Source: Elusimicrobiota bacterium
GTDB taxonomy: Bacteria; Elusimicrobiota; Elusimicrobia; UBA1565
DNA length: 64,000 nucleotides
Direction of reading: 5' to 3'
NCBI GenBank assembly: GCA_043827405.1
Contig: JBDRPD010000053.1
Span: forward strand, 96,221 to 160,220
The notes beneath the pieces were generated by a model, which saw nothing but the letters and a program-made list of their open reading frames with translations, made no database searches and was not told the origin of the DNA. Positions 49,290 to 59,476 of the stretch are shown piece after piece. The first letter of the stretch is position 1. Every line of letters starts with the position of its first letter. A program made the position numbers and the translations under genes.

Positions 49290-51872
49290 CTAGAAACGGA
49301 TAGCGAGCTCGGCGGGCGGCGCGCCGTGGAGGTAGTCCGCCTCCAGGCGATAGGCGCCGCCGGTTTCGACGACGCTCCAGCCCTCGGTCAGGGCGCGTCC
49401 GTCGAGACGGACCTCCTTGGGACGCGCCGGCGAGATCACGACCGCCCTGCCCCGATGCCCGGCGAAGGCCTGAAGCCGGACCCGCAGGGTCCTGTCCTTG
49501 GGATCATAGACGCTCTCGAGCAGCCGCGATCCGGCGGCGGCCAAATAGGGCGTCCGCGGCACGCCGAGGACAAGCTCGATTGTCCGCGCCGGCGCCTGGG
49601 TCTCGGGCATGACCGCCGAGGGATAGGGCTTCCCGTCGAAAAGGATCTCCGCGAGGAGGGGGCCGCCGCCGCGGATCTCGACGTCGATGGACTTGCCGCC
49701 GACCGCCAGCTCGAAGCGGGCCTTTTCGCGTCCTTCCGCCGGCCGGGGCTCAAACGAGAAGTTCCACGCGTTCTCCCGCAGGCCGAGCAGGTCATGGACC
49801 GCGTAGAGGAACCAGCCGCCCGCCCACAGGAACTGCGGCTTGTGGATGAGGCCGTATTCGGCCGGGGCGCCCTTCTTGGCGATGCGGAACTCGTACATCG
49901 CCGCATGCCCGCGCGGGCTGGCGGCGGCTCCGTCGACGGTCATGATCTTTTTCAGGAAGCGAAAGGCCTCATCCCGCCTGCCGGCCGCGCGCAGGGCCAA
50001 AGCGTACCAGGCGTTGCCGTGCGACCAGACTCCCCCGTTCATGTAGTAGTAGGGCTCGCCCGCCTCGCCCTCCTCGAACTTGAAAAAGTCCTTGAGGGTG
50101 TGGAAGTCCATGGGCACGGCGTTGTAGACGCCGATGTCCGGATCCACCATGGTCGCGGACGCGGTACGGGCCAAGGTCTCCGTCTTTTCCCGGTCGAGCA
50201 GGCCGAAGTGGGCCGCGAGCAAAGACCCCGTGTAGAGGTGCGGGTCCTTCTTCCCGCCCAGGTTATAGTTGATGAGATAGCCCAGCTCGCCGTCCCACAG
50301 CTTCTCGCCGAGGCCGCGCTCAAGACGGCCGGCGAGCTCCGCGTAGCGCGAAAGCTCCTCAACGCCTTGCTCGAGCGCCGAGCAGACGTAGGAAAACTCG
50401 CGCAGCGAGCGCGCCGCCAGGATCGTCATATAGGCCCGGGGACCGAAGCTCCGGCCGATGTCCCACCAGTCCGGGCGCTCGGCCCCGATAACATCGTCCT
50501 TCATGTTCACGAGCATCTGCCGCACGCTGGTCTCGAGGTACGGATAGAGCTTGCGCAGGGTTTCCAGGTCGCCGCTGTGGCGCAGGTACCTGGCCGATAC
50601 CAGGACGAACCAGAAGTGGTTCCAGTTCGTGGGCGAGGCGAACTCCGTCGCGTAGCGGCCGTCCTTCCAGTAGTAGGCATGGGGGATGACATGGTCCTCT
50701 TTCGCGCGGCTGACGATGAAGAGGAGGTCCCGCTTGGCGCGGGCCGGATCGAAGCTCACGGCCCCCATGTCCGTCATCAGGGCGTCATGCGTGAAGTGGA
50801 AGTTGTACTCCGCGGGGCAGGGCATGGGGACGATCTCGCCGTCGAGATAATGGGCGTTGGCCGCCAGCATGGCCCGCGCCCAGCGCACCGAGTGGTCGAC
50901 GGCCGCGTCGCCGGTCTCGGCGCCGCCGGCGGACTTCTCGAGCACGCGCCGCTCGAACACCTCCGCCTCGCGCCGGTAATTCTTCCGCAGATAGCCGACC
51001 ATTTCCCCGACCTCGCCGGCGCGCGCCGCGCCGATGAGTTGGACGACGGTCATCTTCTCTCCGGGCGCGAGCCGCTTGCGGTAGACGAAGGCGGCGGCGG
51101 GCCGGCCGGGAGCGGACTTCGGCAGGTCCGCCCGCGGCAGGCCGGCCTCGCGCTTTATCCACCAGCTCTCGTCCGTGCCGGGAGCGCCGAGCTTCCCGCC
51201 GTCGGTCGCGAACGCGGCGGGAGCTTCCCCCGCGTTGGCCGCGAACAGGCGCGCGTCCCCGGCTTCGCTGTCATCAAAGTGGACGATAAGCGTCGCCCCC
51301 CCGTCCCGCGACTCGGTCCAGGCCTTATCCTTGAGGGTGAAGCTGTGGCTGGTCTTGACCGCAGCCTCGAGCTGGGTGAAGAGCTCGAAGGTCTCGGGGG
51401 CGCCGCCGGTATTCGTCAGCTCAATCGCCGCCGCCATGCCGGGCTTGTTCTCGAAGAACCGGTACGAGATCTCTATCGCCTTCCGATCATCGCGCTTATG
51501 AAAAACGACTGAGTACGGGGTCAGCCGGTGCGCGTACGGCTCGCCCCCGATCCATTCTTTCGGCCCGTCCCCGATTTTCAGGCCCAGGGCCAGGGCGCGG
51601 CTCGCGTCGTGCGCCCAGTAGTCGGGACGCATGTCGACGCTGTTGGCCACGGGGTAGTAGAAGCTCAGGCGCGTCGGCAGCGGGCTGCCGTTGTACATGA
51701 CGACGCCCATATAGGGACCGCCCACCTCGATGAGGGCGGCGGCGGCTTTTTCGGCGTCCACCTCCCGCACCAGGCGCGCATAGGGCTCCTGGCAGCCGCC
51801 GGGTGAGGGCGACAGCAGATTGGCGCAGAGCGCGCCCGCCAGCAGACCGGTCCGCGTCCGTTGCATAAGCAT
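49290..51872 (-). CDS. Secreted glycoside hydrolase with an (alpha/alpha)6-barrel catalytic domain (GDE_C/GH63/GH116-like)
   Basis: 860 aa with a signal peptide. The C-terminal region GEPYYYMNGGVWSHGNAWYALALRAAGRRDEAFRFL is typical of six-hairpin glycosidases. The exact family is not resolvable by eye. Confidence 0.55.
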   Translation of the reverse strand: MLMQRTRTGLLAGALCANLLSPSPGGCQEPYARLVREVDAEKAAAALIEVGGPYMGVVMYNGSPLPTRLSFYYPVANSVDMRPDYWAHDASRALALGLKIGDGPKEWIGGEPYAHRLTPYSVVFHKRDDRKAIEISYRFFENKPGMAAAIELTNTGGAPETFELFTQLEAAVKTSHSFTLKDKAWTESRDGGATLIVHFDDSEAGDARLFAANAGEAPAAFATDGGKLGAPGTDESWWIKREAGLPRADLPKSAPGRPAAAFVYRKRLAPGEKMTVVQLIGAARAGEVGEMVGYLRKNYRREAEVFERRVLEKSAGGAETGDAAVDHSVRWARAMLAANAHYLDGEIVPMPCPAEYNFHFTHDALMTDMGAVSFDPARAKRDLLFIVSRAKEDHVIPHAYYWKDGRYATEFASPTNWNHFWFVLVSARYLRHSGDLETLRKLYPYLETSVRQMLVNMKDDVIGAERPDWWDIGRSFGPRAYMTILAARSLREFSYVCSALEQGVEELSRYAELAGRLERGLGEKLWDGELGYLINYNLGGKKDPHLYTGSLLAAHFGLLDREKTETLARTASATMVDPDIGVYNAVPMDFHTLKDFFKFEEGEAGEPYYYMNGGVWSHGNAWYALALRAAGRRDEAFRFLKKIMTVDGAAASPRGHAAMYEFRIAKKGAPAEYGLIHKPQFLWAGGWFLYAVHDLLGLRENAWNFSFEPRPAEGREKARFELAVGGKSIDVEIRGGGPLLAEILFDGKPYPSAVMPETQAPARTIELVLGVPRTPYLAAAGSRLLESVYDPKDRTLRVRLQAFAGHRGRAVVISPARPKEVRLDGRALTEGWSVVETGGAYRLEADYLHGAPPAELAIRF

Positions 51873-51934
51873 GCCCGTCTGATAAGATGTTAGCTCGCGC
51901 GGCGGGAACGCGCCAGGGGCGGGATGGAGCGAAC

Positions 51935-54900
51935 TTAGCCGTCGCCGCGGCGGACGCGCATGGTGCGCAGCGGCGCGCCGGCGAGGTCCTTGAGGACCCG
52001 GCGGCTGATGCCGCGATGGCTGATCTTGGCGTCCTTGAGCTCGACCAGCGCCCCCTCGACGATGTCCTCGACGTTCCTGCCGTCGGCGCGCAGGGCAACC
52101 AAGGCCGCCAGGAGCGGCCGCAGGCTGGGGTTGTGGCCGCGCACTTCGACGTAAGCCCCCACGTAAATACTGCCGTCCTTGGTCCTCAGCGCCGCTCCCG
52201 CCGGGCTGTCCTTGGAGTAAGAACGGTTGGCGGCGCGGAAGGCCGCGTTGATCAGGTCGGCGCCGGCGCCGGAGGGCTTACGGATCATCGCCAAATTATT
52301 ATCGCGCGCCGTCAGCAAAGAGCCGTCGTCGCCGTAGGGCATGGGGTAGAGCTCGGCCAGAGTCGCCGGCTTCTCCCGGCTTTCCACGATAATCTTCATG
52401 CTGCCGCGAGAGGCCAGCTCATTGAGAAAAGCCCGGCAATGCCCGCAGGGATTGGCCGTGACCGCGAGAGCCTTGAGCCCGGTCTCGCCATGCTCCAAAG
52501 CGTTGATGACCACCGCCTGCTCGGCGTGGATATTCACCTCGATGCCGCCGGCGTAGGATTCGATATTGCCGCCCAGGTAGACGGCGCCGCTCTCGCCCAA
52601 GCCCACGGCGCCCACCGAACGCCCGGATACCGACGGCATCGCCTTCTTGGCCGCGATGGGCCGCAAAGCGCTGATGAGCTCTTCCGGCGACACATCCAAA
52701 GCTTCCGTCAGCTCCGCCGCCTTCGCGGGGCTGAGATAAGAGGGATTGCCTTCCTCCTCAAGCCGCGCTGCCAGATCGGCCGTCAGGTAGGCCTCCGAGA
52801 GGATCAGCTTGTCGCGCGCCACCGATTGGCCGATCATGCCGGTGAACAGCTCGGCGAGCCCGGCATTCCTGCCATGCTCCGCCCAGTCCTCGGCGAGAAG
52901 CTCGGCGAAAGACTCGGCGAGGTTCGCCACCTCGTCCTTGCTCGTCATCTCGATGAAGTAGTCGGCGTGGTGGCGCAGGGGCATGATATGCTTCTTCTCG
53001 TTCTCCAGCACCCGCTCCCAGCCCTTGAGGTTGTCCTCGATGGAGCGGCCGCGCTCATACTTGTCGCGCTTGAGCCGGCGGGCGAGACGGGCGGCCGTCG
53101 GCGCCGACAGGAAGACGTTAAGGTTGGTATGTCCCACTCCGGCCTTGAGCAAGGTCTTGTGGGCGGCGAAGATCGAATCGACGATGAGCACATCCTCCTT
53201 GCCCAGCTGCATATAGTCGCCGGTCTTGAATTCGGTGGTCATCTTTTCCATATTGCGGTAAGGCATTTCCACCCGCCGGCCTTCGAGAAGCGCCTTGATA
53301 TCGGCGGCGGCGCGGTCGAGATACAGCGCGTCCGGCCGGTCGAAATCGGGGCTGCCGTCGGCCAGCCGCGGCACGTCGTTGGGATTCTTGAAATAGGAGT
53401 CCACCGGGAAGACCTTAATGCGCTCGCCCATGGTCTTGGCCAAACGCTTGGCCAAGGTGGATTTGCCGGCCGCCGTGGGCGCCTGCAGATAGATCAGGCT
53501 GCGGCCGGGGAGCGCCTCGGCCATGGTCACGAAATGATCCAGCCGCTGCTCCAGATCGCCGTCGGTGAACTTCGCATAATCGATGTCTTTAAAGATCCCG
53601 CTCACCGTCCGGCGCGCTTCCGGCAGATAGCGCGCCTTGCGGTACTTGATCAGCGCGCTCGCGGCGCGGGCGGCCAGCGGCGCGCCCGCCTTTTTGAGAA
53701 ACGCGCCGACGCCTTCAACCGCGCGAATTCCGGGGCCGAGGACGGCATTGGTGGGGCCCGGGAAGTAGTACTGAGCGAGAACGGTCGAGGAGGCCGTGAT
53801 AGCGACCACCGCATTAAGCACCCAGGACATGTCGCCGAGCATGACGGCGGCGTAAAGATGGAGGAGGCTGCCCAGCGCGACCAGCCCGGGCCATAGCGGG
53901 GAGAGCCCCTCAGGCCGGCGGCCGTCTTCCTTGTATAGGTGGTAGTAGCTCTTGATCTGCGGCCAGTTGATCAGCCAGCAGAGATAGAGCGCCGCGGTCA
54001 AAGCCAAAGACAGCCAGGAAGACAGCGGCATGAAGGCCTGCAGCGCGATAAAGGGCAGAGGCAGCAGCGCCGCCGCCATGGCCAGCCCGGTGGCGATAAG
54101 CACCTTCCTGCTGCGCTGGGCATTGTTGATCTGGCCGATAAGAAGGATGCTCTCAAGCACCCCCGCCAAGTTGGCGCCTATCCACCACGGGTTGGCGGCC
54201 TGGCCGATGGAAACGACCGAGAACATGACGGCGGCGGCGAACCAGATCAGCGGAGTGGCGACGGGCACGTCCATCACGGCTTTGCGGCCCTCTTTAAAAT
54301 TTTTATAAATCTGCGGAACGCCGATAACGCTCAGGACGATGCTGCCCGCCCCGGCGACCAGGCCGACATGCGCCGCCAGCGCCGGAAGGGCGGCGACGAT
54401 TCCCGCGCCCGCCGCCAGCGCCGCGGCCCAGCGGACCGCCGGCTTCTGCCATAAGCGCGCCAGAGCCGAAGGCGCTTTGGCCTCGGCGGCGCTGAAATCC
54501 GCATTTTCTACCGCCGGCTTGTTCTGGTAATCATCAGCGGCTTGGCCTTGCGTCTTATGCAGGAGGACACGAGCGGCGCGGCCGCGGTGGAGCGCTCCGG
54601 CCTGGGCGGAAGTTTTGCTGCCGGCCGTGCCCTGCGTGGCGATCAGCTCGCTGCCGCGCAGCGCGGAGAAGAGCCTGTCCGCCGCCTCCTTCGAAACCTC
54701 GCCGCCGGCGGTCGCCTTAAATCCCTTGAGCTGGAGCGCCTTGCCGACGCGCCGGGTGATCGCCCGCAAGCCTTTGCCGCCGGCCTCATCTTTGGCCGCG
54801 ACCGCGGCGGTCTCGGCGCTATTCTCGCCGGCGACGGTCCCGGTACGGACCAGCGGGATGACCCGGCCTGGGTGCCGGACATGGCCGGTCTCGACGGCAA

Positions 54901-55201
54901 TCGTCCGCTGATGATCCGAGAGCGAAATGACCTTATTGCCGCCGCTAACCGCCGGCAGCGCGCCGACGTTCACATTGGGCAGTACCGCGGAGAGCTTGTA
55001 GCCGTCGGCGGCGAAAACGGACGGATTGCTGAAATTGAGCGCCTGCACGACCGGGACCGGCGCGGCCTGGACCGGCGAGGTCTTGACCTGCACCTGAGCC
55101 TGGACGACGACCCCGGCGATCGCCTCGCATGGCGCGCCGAAAAAGGTCCAGCCGAATTGCAGCAGGGCCAGGAGTCCGGCGAGCGACCGTTTCATCCTCA
55201 T
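51935..55201 (-). CDS. Multi-domain fusion: secreted/low-complexity N-terminus, PQ-loop (PnuC/SWEET-like) 7-TM domain, uridine-kinase/PRK-family P-loop nucleoside kinase, and tandem (two-domain) cytidine deaminase
   Basis: It is a single uninterrupted frame. Two PQ-loop motifs (VPQIYKNFKEG and WPQIKSYYHLYKEDGRRPEGLS) lie within about 7 TM helices. The kinase Walker-A and PRK pattern is LIYLQAPTAAGKSTLAKRL...VFPVDSYF. The cytidine deaminase zinc motifs are HAEQAVV...PCGHCRAF, followed by a second degenerate cytidine deaminase domain, as in E. coli Cdd. The start is an ATG at 55201 or 55195 (MRMKRSLAGLL..., a signal peptide), or a GTG at 55225. Confidence 0.65.
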   Translation of the reverse strand: MRMKRSLAGLLALLQFGWTFFGAPCEAIAGVVVQAQVQVKTSPVQAAPVPVVQALNFSNPSVFAADGYKLSAVLPNVNVGALPAVSGGNKVISLSDHQRTIAVETGHVRHPGRVIPLVRTGTVAGENSAETAAVAAKDEAGGKGLRAITRRVGKALQLKGFKATAGGEVSKEAADRLFSALRGSELIATQGTAGSKTSAQAGALHRGRAARVLLHKTQGQAADDYQNKPAVENADFSAAEAKAPSALARLWQKPAVRWAAALAAGAGIVAALPALAAHVGLVAGAGSIVLSVIGVPQIYKNFKEGRKAVMDVPVATPLIWFAAAVMFSVVSIGQAANPWWIGANLAGVLESILLIGQINNAQRSRKVLIATGLAMAAALLPLPFIALQAFMPLSSWLSLALTAALYLCWLINWPQIKSYYHLYKEDGRRPEGLSPLWPGLVALGSLLHLYAAVMLGDMSWVLNAVVAITASSTVLAQYYFPGPTNAVLGPGIRAVEGVGAFLKKAGAPLAARAASALIKYRKARYLPEARRTVSGIFKDIDYAKFTDGDLEQRLDHFVTMAEALPGRSLIYLQAPTAAGKSTLAKRLAKTMGERIKVFPVDSYFKNPNDVPRLADGSPDFDRPDALYLDRAAADIKALLEGRRVEMPYRNMEKMTTEFKTGDYMQLGKEDVLIVDSIFAAHKTLLKAGVGHTNLNVFLSAPTAARLARRLKRDKYERGRSIEDNLKGWERVLENEKKHIMPLRHHADYFIEMTSKDEVANLAESFAELLAEDWAEHGRNAGLAELFTGMIGQSVARDKLILSEAYLTADLAARLEEEGNPSYLSPAKAAELTEALDVSPEELISALRPIAAKKAMPSVSGRSVGAVGLGESGAVYLGGNIESYAGGIEVNIHAEQAVVINALEHGETGLKALAVTANPCGHCRAFLNELASRGSMKIIVESREKPATLAELYPMPYGDDGSLLTARDNNLAMIRKPSGAGADLINAAFRAANRSYSKDSPAGAALRTKDGSIYVGAYVEVRGHNPSLRPLLAALVALRADGRNVEDIVEGALVELKDAKISHRGISRRVLKDLAGAPLRTMRVRRGDG

Positions 55202-55295
55202 CCTTATAAATATAGTGCGCTTCACGGCCGGCGGCAGGTGTCATCTGGGGCAGATTTCGCCGGCCAAACGCACTACTTATTGCGGGCCCAAGGGC

Positions 55296-56780
55296 CTATT
55301 GGGCTCGATCGATGAGCCGGGGCAGCTCTTCTTCGAGGCGCGCGGAGGCTTCTTCGCGGTCGGCGCCGACGGCGATCACGTCGAACTTGCCGAAATCGAG
55401 CAGGCAGCCGACGTTGTAGAAGATATAGTGCCCCTGGCCGCTGCGCACGTCGTAAGCCGACGCGCCGAAGATCTTGAGAAAATCAGCGAAGCGGATGCCT
55501 TTGAGACGGGAGTCCACATAGTCGCGGGCCCGGTAGCAGGGCAGCCGGCCCCGGCCGAAGACGCGCTCGCACAAAGCCATCGGTATCGAGGTCCCGCCCC
55601 AGCGGCCGTTGCATTCGACGAACATCGGCTTGGCGCTCGGGATATCCTCGCCGCAGAGCAGGAAATCGAAGGAGCAGCGCCCGACATAGCCGAGCGCCTG
55701 CCATACCCGGGCGACCTCGCGGCTCATATCCGCCATTTTTCGCTGCAATTTCTCGGGCAGCGCCGAGGGCATGCTGCCCTGAAAGACCCCGGCCTTGCCG
55801 GTCAAAATCTGCTCATAGACCCCATCCACGCGGGGCGGTCCTTCCTCGGCCGGCGGGACCCACAGCTGAGTGGAGGGCGACTGCAGCACATCGCTGCGCC
55901 ATTGGGTGAGCAGAATCTCCACCCGCCCATCCCAGGCATGGTTCTTGGCGAACACCGCGATGCGCGAGGCGGTCTCATCGACCGTCCCGGCGCCCAGCTT
56001 CTTGGCGTTGAATACCTGATTGCCCATTCCGGAAGCATAGTTGGCGACCTTGAGCGCGACCGCAGGGAAGCGGCCGGCGAAGTCCTGCGCCGCGCGCGCC
56101 AGCGGCTGCAGATCATTGGAAGAAACCGTCCGGCATACCGATTCCGGACCGAGAACCACCGTGGCCGCCTGAGTGAGCAGGCCCTTGTGGTTGGCGGCAT
56201 AGGTCGCGGGCGGAAACGGAGCCAGCACCCGCACTTTCGTCTTGACGCGCTCCCTGAGCTCGAGCGCCAGCTCCCAGACCGCGCGCGAACCCATATAGGG
56301 ATGGACCAGCAGCCCTCCGTTCTCATCGGCAAGACGCACCAGTCCCCGCATGATCAGCGGATCTTTCAGGCAGGTTCCGGCGACGCACAGCGGATCGGCG
56401 CCGGGCACCGCGGCCCGCAGATAGGCCGGCTCGCCGATACCCAGCATATCCTTGTTGTACGACTCGTAGCCGTCGATCGGACGCTGCGTCGAGACGCAGA
56501 CATCGCCGTCGCCGGCCCGGGTTCGGGAGCGGAGCTGATACCATTCGACGCCCTGCACCCCGTCGAGAAATGGGATGTCGCTGAAGTCCTCCAGCACCAG
56601 CGCCGGCAGCTTCCCGTTGCCGCCCCGCGCCTGCAGGCCGCGCCAGGGAGCGGGGTCCTCGCCGGCACGGGGATGCTCGCGCAGCAGGGCCGCCGCGCGC
56701 TCAACGGCGCGCCGGCTTTCCTCGTCGTTTCTCTGGTTTTCTGCGCGCACAACCTGCAAAGAATAGCGCACTATTTGCAT
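55296..56780 (-). CDS. ATP-grasp-fold enzyme (PGM1-like / pre-ATP-grasp family), function unknown
   Basis: The C-terminal FVECNGRWGGTS resembles the ATP-grasp E-x-N-x-R motif. The preferred start is the ATG at 56780 (MQIVRYSL...). The plus-strand ORF 55215..56804 was judged an antisense artefact on composition. Confidence 0.4.
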   Translation of the reverse strand: MQIVRYSLQVVRAENQRNDEESRRAVERAAALLREHPRAGEDPAPWRGLQARGGNGKLPALVLEDFSDIPFLDGVQGVEWYQLRSRTRAGDGDVCVSTQRPIDGYESYNKDMLGIGEPAYLRAAVPGADPLCVAGTCLKDPLIMRGLVRLADENGGLLVHPYMGSRAVWELALELRERVKTKVRVLAPFPPATYAANHKGLLTQAATVVLGPESVCRTVSSNDLQPLARAAQDFAGRFPAVALKVANYASGMGNQVFNAKKLGAGTVDETASRIAVFAKNHAWDGRVEILLTQWRSDVLQSPSTQLWVPPAEEGPPRVDGVYEQILTGKAGVFQGSMPSALPEKLQRKMADMSREVARVWQALGYVGRCSFDFLLCGEDIPSAKPMFVECNGRWGGTSIPMALCERVFGRGRLPCYRARDYVDSRLKGIRFADFLKIFGASAYDVRSGQGHYIFYNVGCLLDFGKFDVIAVGADREEASARLEEELPRLIDRAQ

Positions 56781-56836
56781 ATGGCGCCAGGGTTTTTTGC
56801 TTGACTCATTTACTGAATGGCATAATACCTTCCGTC

Positions 56837-59467
56837 GTGAAGCGCCATCCATTAACCGGAAAATATTTCACCCCCGCCCTGGCGGTGCTGCTGCTCGCGG
56901 CCTGCGCCCGGACGGAAGGCCCCGGTCACGCTTATCAAAAAGCCGCCGCCCGGCAGCAGAAGTACTTCTACCTCGATCCGCTGACCCCGTTGTTCAGCCG
57001 GGAGCGCGGGCCGGACGGCTCCTGGTTTTTCACCGCGCGCCGCGCCATGAGCCCGCCGCACCCGCGTTTCTCCGCGCGCAAGCCCCCGGGCGTCAAAAGG
57101 GTCTTTGTTCTCGGCGGCTCGGTCGTCCAGCTCTTCGATGAAGAAGCGCTCAAGGCGGCGCTGGAAGCGGCCGGCCCCGGCGAGCGCTACGAGATCATCG
57201 ACTGCGGCCTGAGCGCCTACGACAGCCGCCGCGACGCGCTCATCCTGCGCGAAGTCCTCAACTACCAGCCGGACCTCATCGTGCTCATGAGCGGCGTCAA
57301 CGAGGGTGAGCGCATCGGTCCCGCCGTCCCGCACCGCGGCCGGTGGCTGCTGCGCATGACCCTGCGCGGGCTGCTGCTGCGGCATCCCGTCCTGGCCTAC
57401 CGGCTGGCGCGCTCCGCCGTCGAACCCACGCCGCCGCCCGCCCGCATCGCCGCCGACTTCGCAGCCAACGTACGCTCCATGATACGGCGCGCCAAGGCGC
57501 GCAAGGTTCCTATCGTCCTCACCGCCCTGCCCTGGAACCTGCGCGATATGCCGCCGCGCGGCGCCCTCCCGCTCAAGGACCGGCGCTTCTTCGACGCCTG
57601 GCTCGCCTTCGAAGAAGAAGACTACGCTGCGGCGGAGAAGCTGTTCCGCCAAGCCCTGCCGGCCTTCGCCAAGGACCCGGCGCTGAGCAAAGAGCTTATC
57701 TTCGCCAAATACTATCTGGCGCGCGCGCTCGACAAGCGCGGCCGGCATGCCGCGGCCCGGGACGCCTATCAGGCGGCGCTGGAGCTCGCCGTCCCGCCTA
57801 TGCCGGCGATCAATCGCGCGCTCAAGCGCCTGAGCGATGAGGAGGACGTCCCCCTCGCCGACCTCGCGGAGGCCTTTGCCCGCGTCAGCCCGCACGGCCT
57901 CACCGGCTCGGACCTGTTCGAAGACGACATGCACTGGGACCGCTTCCTCGATCCGCTCGTCGCCGAAGTCATCGTCCGGGCCCTGCGCCCGGAGCGCCCA
58001 TATCCGGATTTCATGCGCTACCGCGCGCTGGCCAAGAAAGCCGCCGCCCGCAACGAGAAAGCCTGGATCGTCTTCCGCTTCCGGGCCTGGGGAGCGGGCT
58101 TGGGCGGCGGCGGACTTTCGGAGCGGATCGTGGCGCTGATGGACGTGGTCCATGCCGCGCATCCCGAGCTCCTGGCGAATATTCTCGAGCTCAAGCAGTG
58201 GCTGCGCGGAAAGCTGGCGGGCAATATCTGGGACAGCGAGGCGGCCGCCAATCTGGACTCGTGGTGGCCGGTCATGCTCGGCCATATCGGTGAGTCCTAT
58301 CTCCGGCGGGGGCAAAGCCTGCGCGCGCTGGGATATTTCGCCGAGGCCCTGCGTCTCAATCCGAAGCTGACCGCTGTTCGCCTGCGGCGCGCCGCGGCGC
58401 TGGCCCGCTCAGGTCGCAAAAAAGAGGCCGCGCTGGCGCTGGACCTGCTCGCCCGCGAGCACGGCGATATGCCGGAGATCGGCTACTACCGCGCCGCCCT
58501 GCCGGGCATCAAGACGCGCAAGGGAAAGCCCGCCGCCAAGCCGTCCGCAAAGATGCCCGCCTTGGCGCTCGAAGGCAGCCGTTTTCTCGGCGCCCACCAG
58601 CAGCTGATGGCCGACGCCTCCGGCGCCGCCCGGCAGGGCGACGACGCGCGGGCCCTCGACCTGCTCCAGCGGCTGGAAAAGATGGAGCCGGCCGCGGAGC
58701 TGCGCCTGGAGATGGCGCGTCTCTACCTGAACCTGCGCCAAGGCGACGCGGCACGGCATGCGGTCGACCGCGCGATGTCCTCTCCCCTGGATTACGAGCG
58801 GACCATCCGCGCCGCCCGCCTTTACGGAGACATGAAGGAACATGTGCGCGCCGCGGCCGCCTGGAAGCGGGCCGCCGAGTCGGCTCCCGCCGACGCCGAA
58901 CCATGGTTCCAGCAGGCCCGTCATCTGGAAGAAGCGCGCGTCTTTATAGAGCTCCCGGCGGTGCTCGAACGAGCGGCGGTTCTGGCCAAGCAGCCGCAGC
59001 GCCGCCTGCGCGCCGCCGAAAAGCTCGCCGACCTGGGCAAGGAGGAGCTCGCTCTCAAGTTCGCCGATCAGGTGCGCGACGCGGCGCCCGAAGCCGATCT
59101 CCGCATGCGGGTCGGCTGGCTGTATCAGCGCCTGCGGAAATATCCGCGCTGCGTTTCCGTATTCTCCCGCCTCACCCGGAATCCCAAATTCGCCGCCGCG
59201 GCGCGGCGCGACAAGGGCGTCTGCGAGTACCTCAACGGCGCTCCCGAGCAAGCCGTCAAGGACCTCGAGGCCGCGCTCGCGCTCGAGCCCGAACTCCTGT
59301 CCGCCTACCTCAGCGCGGGCACTATTCTCGAATCGCTCAAGCGTCCGCAGGACGCTTTGGACCTCTATGAGCGGGGGCTTAAAATCCCGGCCAAGAAGGA
59401 CCATGAGGAACTGCGCCGCAAGCTCACCGAAAGCCGCGACCGCGTACGAGGCGCGTCAATTCGCTAA
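56837..59467 (+). CDS. Lipoprotein with an N-terminal SGNH/GDSL-type hydrolase domain and C-terminal TPR repeats
   Basis: The lipobox signal is (M)KRHPLTGKYFTPALAVLLLAAC, from a GTG at 56837. The SGNH blocks are VFVLGGS(V), LIVLMSGVNE and DDMHWD. A long TPR-like C-terminal region follows. Confidence 0.55.
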   Translation: MKRHPLTGKYFTPALAVLLLAACARTEGPGHAYQKAAARQQKYFYLDPLTPLFSRERGPDGSWFFTARRAMSPPHPRFSARKPPGVKRVFVLGGSVVQLFDEEALKAALEAAGPGERYEIIDCGLSAYDSRRDALILREVLNYQPDLIVLMSGVNEGERIGPAVPHRGRWLLRMTLRGLLLRHPVLAYRLARSAVEPTPPPARIAADFAANVRSMIRRAKARKVPIVLTALPWNLRDMPPRGALPLKDRRFFDAWLAFEEEDYAAAEKLFRQALPAFAKDPALSKELIFAKYYLARALDKRGRHAAARDAYQAALELAVPPMPAINRALKRLSDEEDVPLADLAEAFARVSPHGLTGSDLFEDDMHWDRFLDPLVAEVIVRALRPERPYPDFMRYRALAKKAAARNEKAWIVFRFRAWGAGLGGGGLSERIVALMDVVHAAHPELLANILELKQWLRGKLAGNIWDSEAAANLDSWWPVMLGHIGESYLRRGQSLRALGYFAEALRLNPKLTAVRLRRAAALARSGRKKEAALALDLLAREHGDMPEIGYYRAALPGIKTRKGKPAAKPSAKMPALALEGSRFLGAHQQLMADASGAARQGDDARALDLLQRLEKMEPAAELRLEMARLYLNLRQGDAARHAVDRAMSSPLDYERTIRAARLYGDMKEHVRAAAAWKRAAESAPADAEPWFQQARHLEEARVFIELPAVLERAAVLAKQPQRRLRAAEKLADLGKEELALKFADQVRDAAPEADLRMRVGWLYQRLRKYPRCVSVFSRLTRNPKFAAAARRDKGVCEYLNGAPEQAVKDLEAALALEPELLSAYLSAGTILESLKRPQDALDLYERGLKIPAKKDHEELRRKLTESRDRVRGASIR

Positions 59468-59476
59468 AATACCCGC

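Noticed and set aside
55226-55265. A hairpin ggccggcg...cgccggcc between the ATP-grasp gene end and the fusion gene start, considered as a terminator.
   Set aside because: On the transcribed (minus) strand it is followed by the fusion gene's own start region rather than a U-tract. The stem is short (8 bp) with a 24-nt loop. It could be an attenuator, but the evidence is too weak to call.
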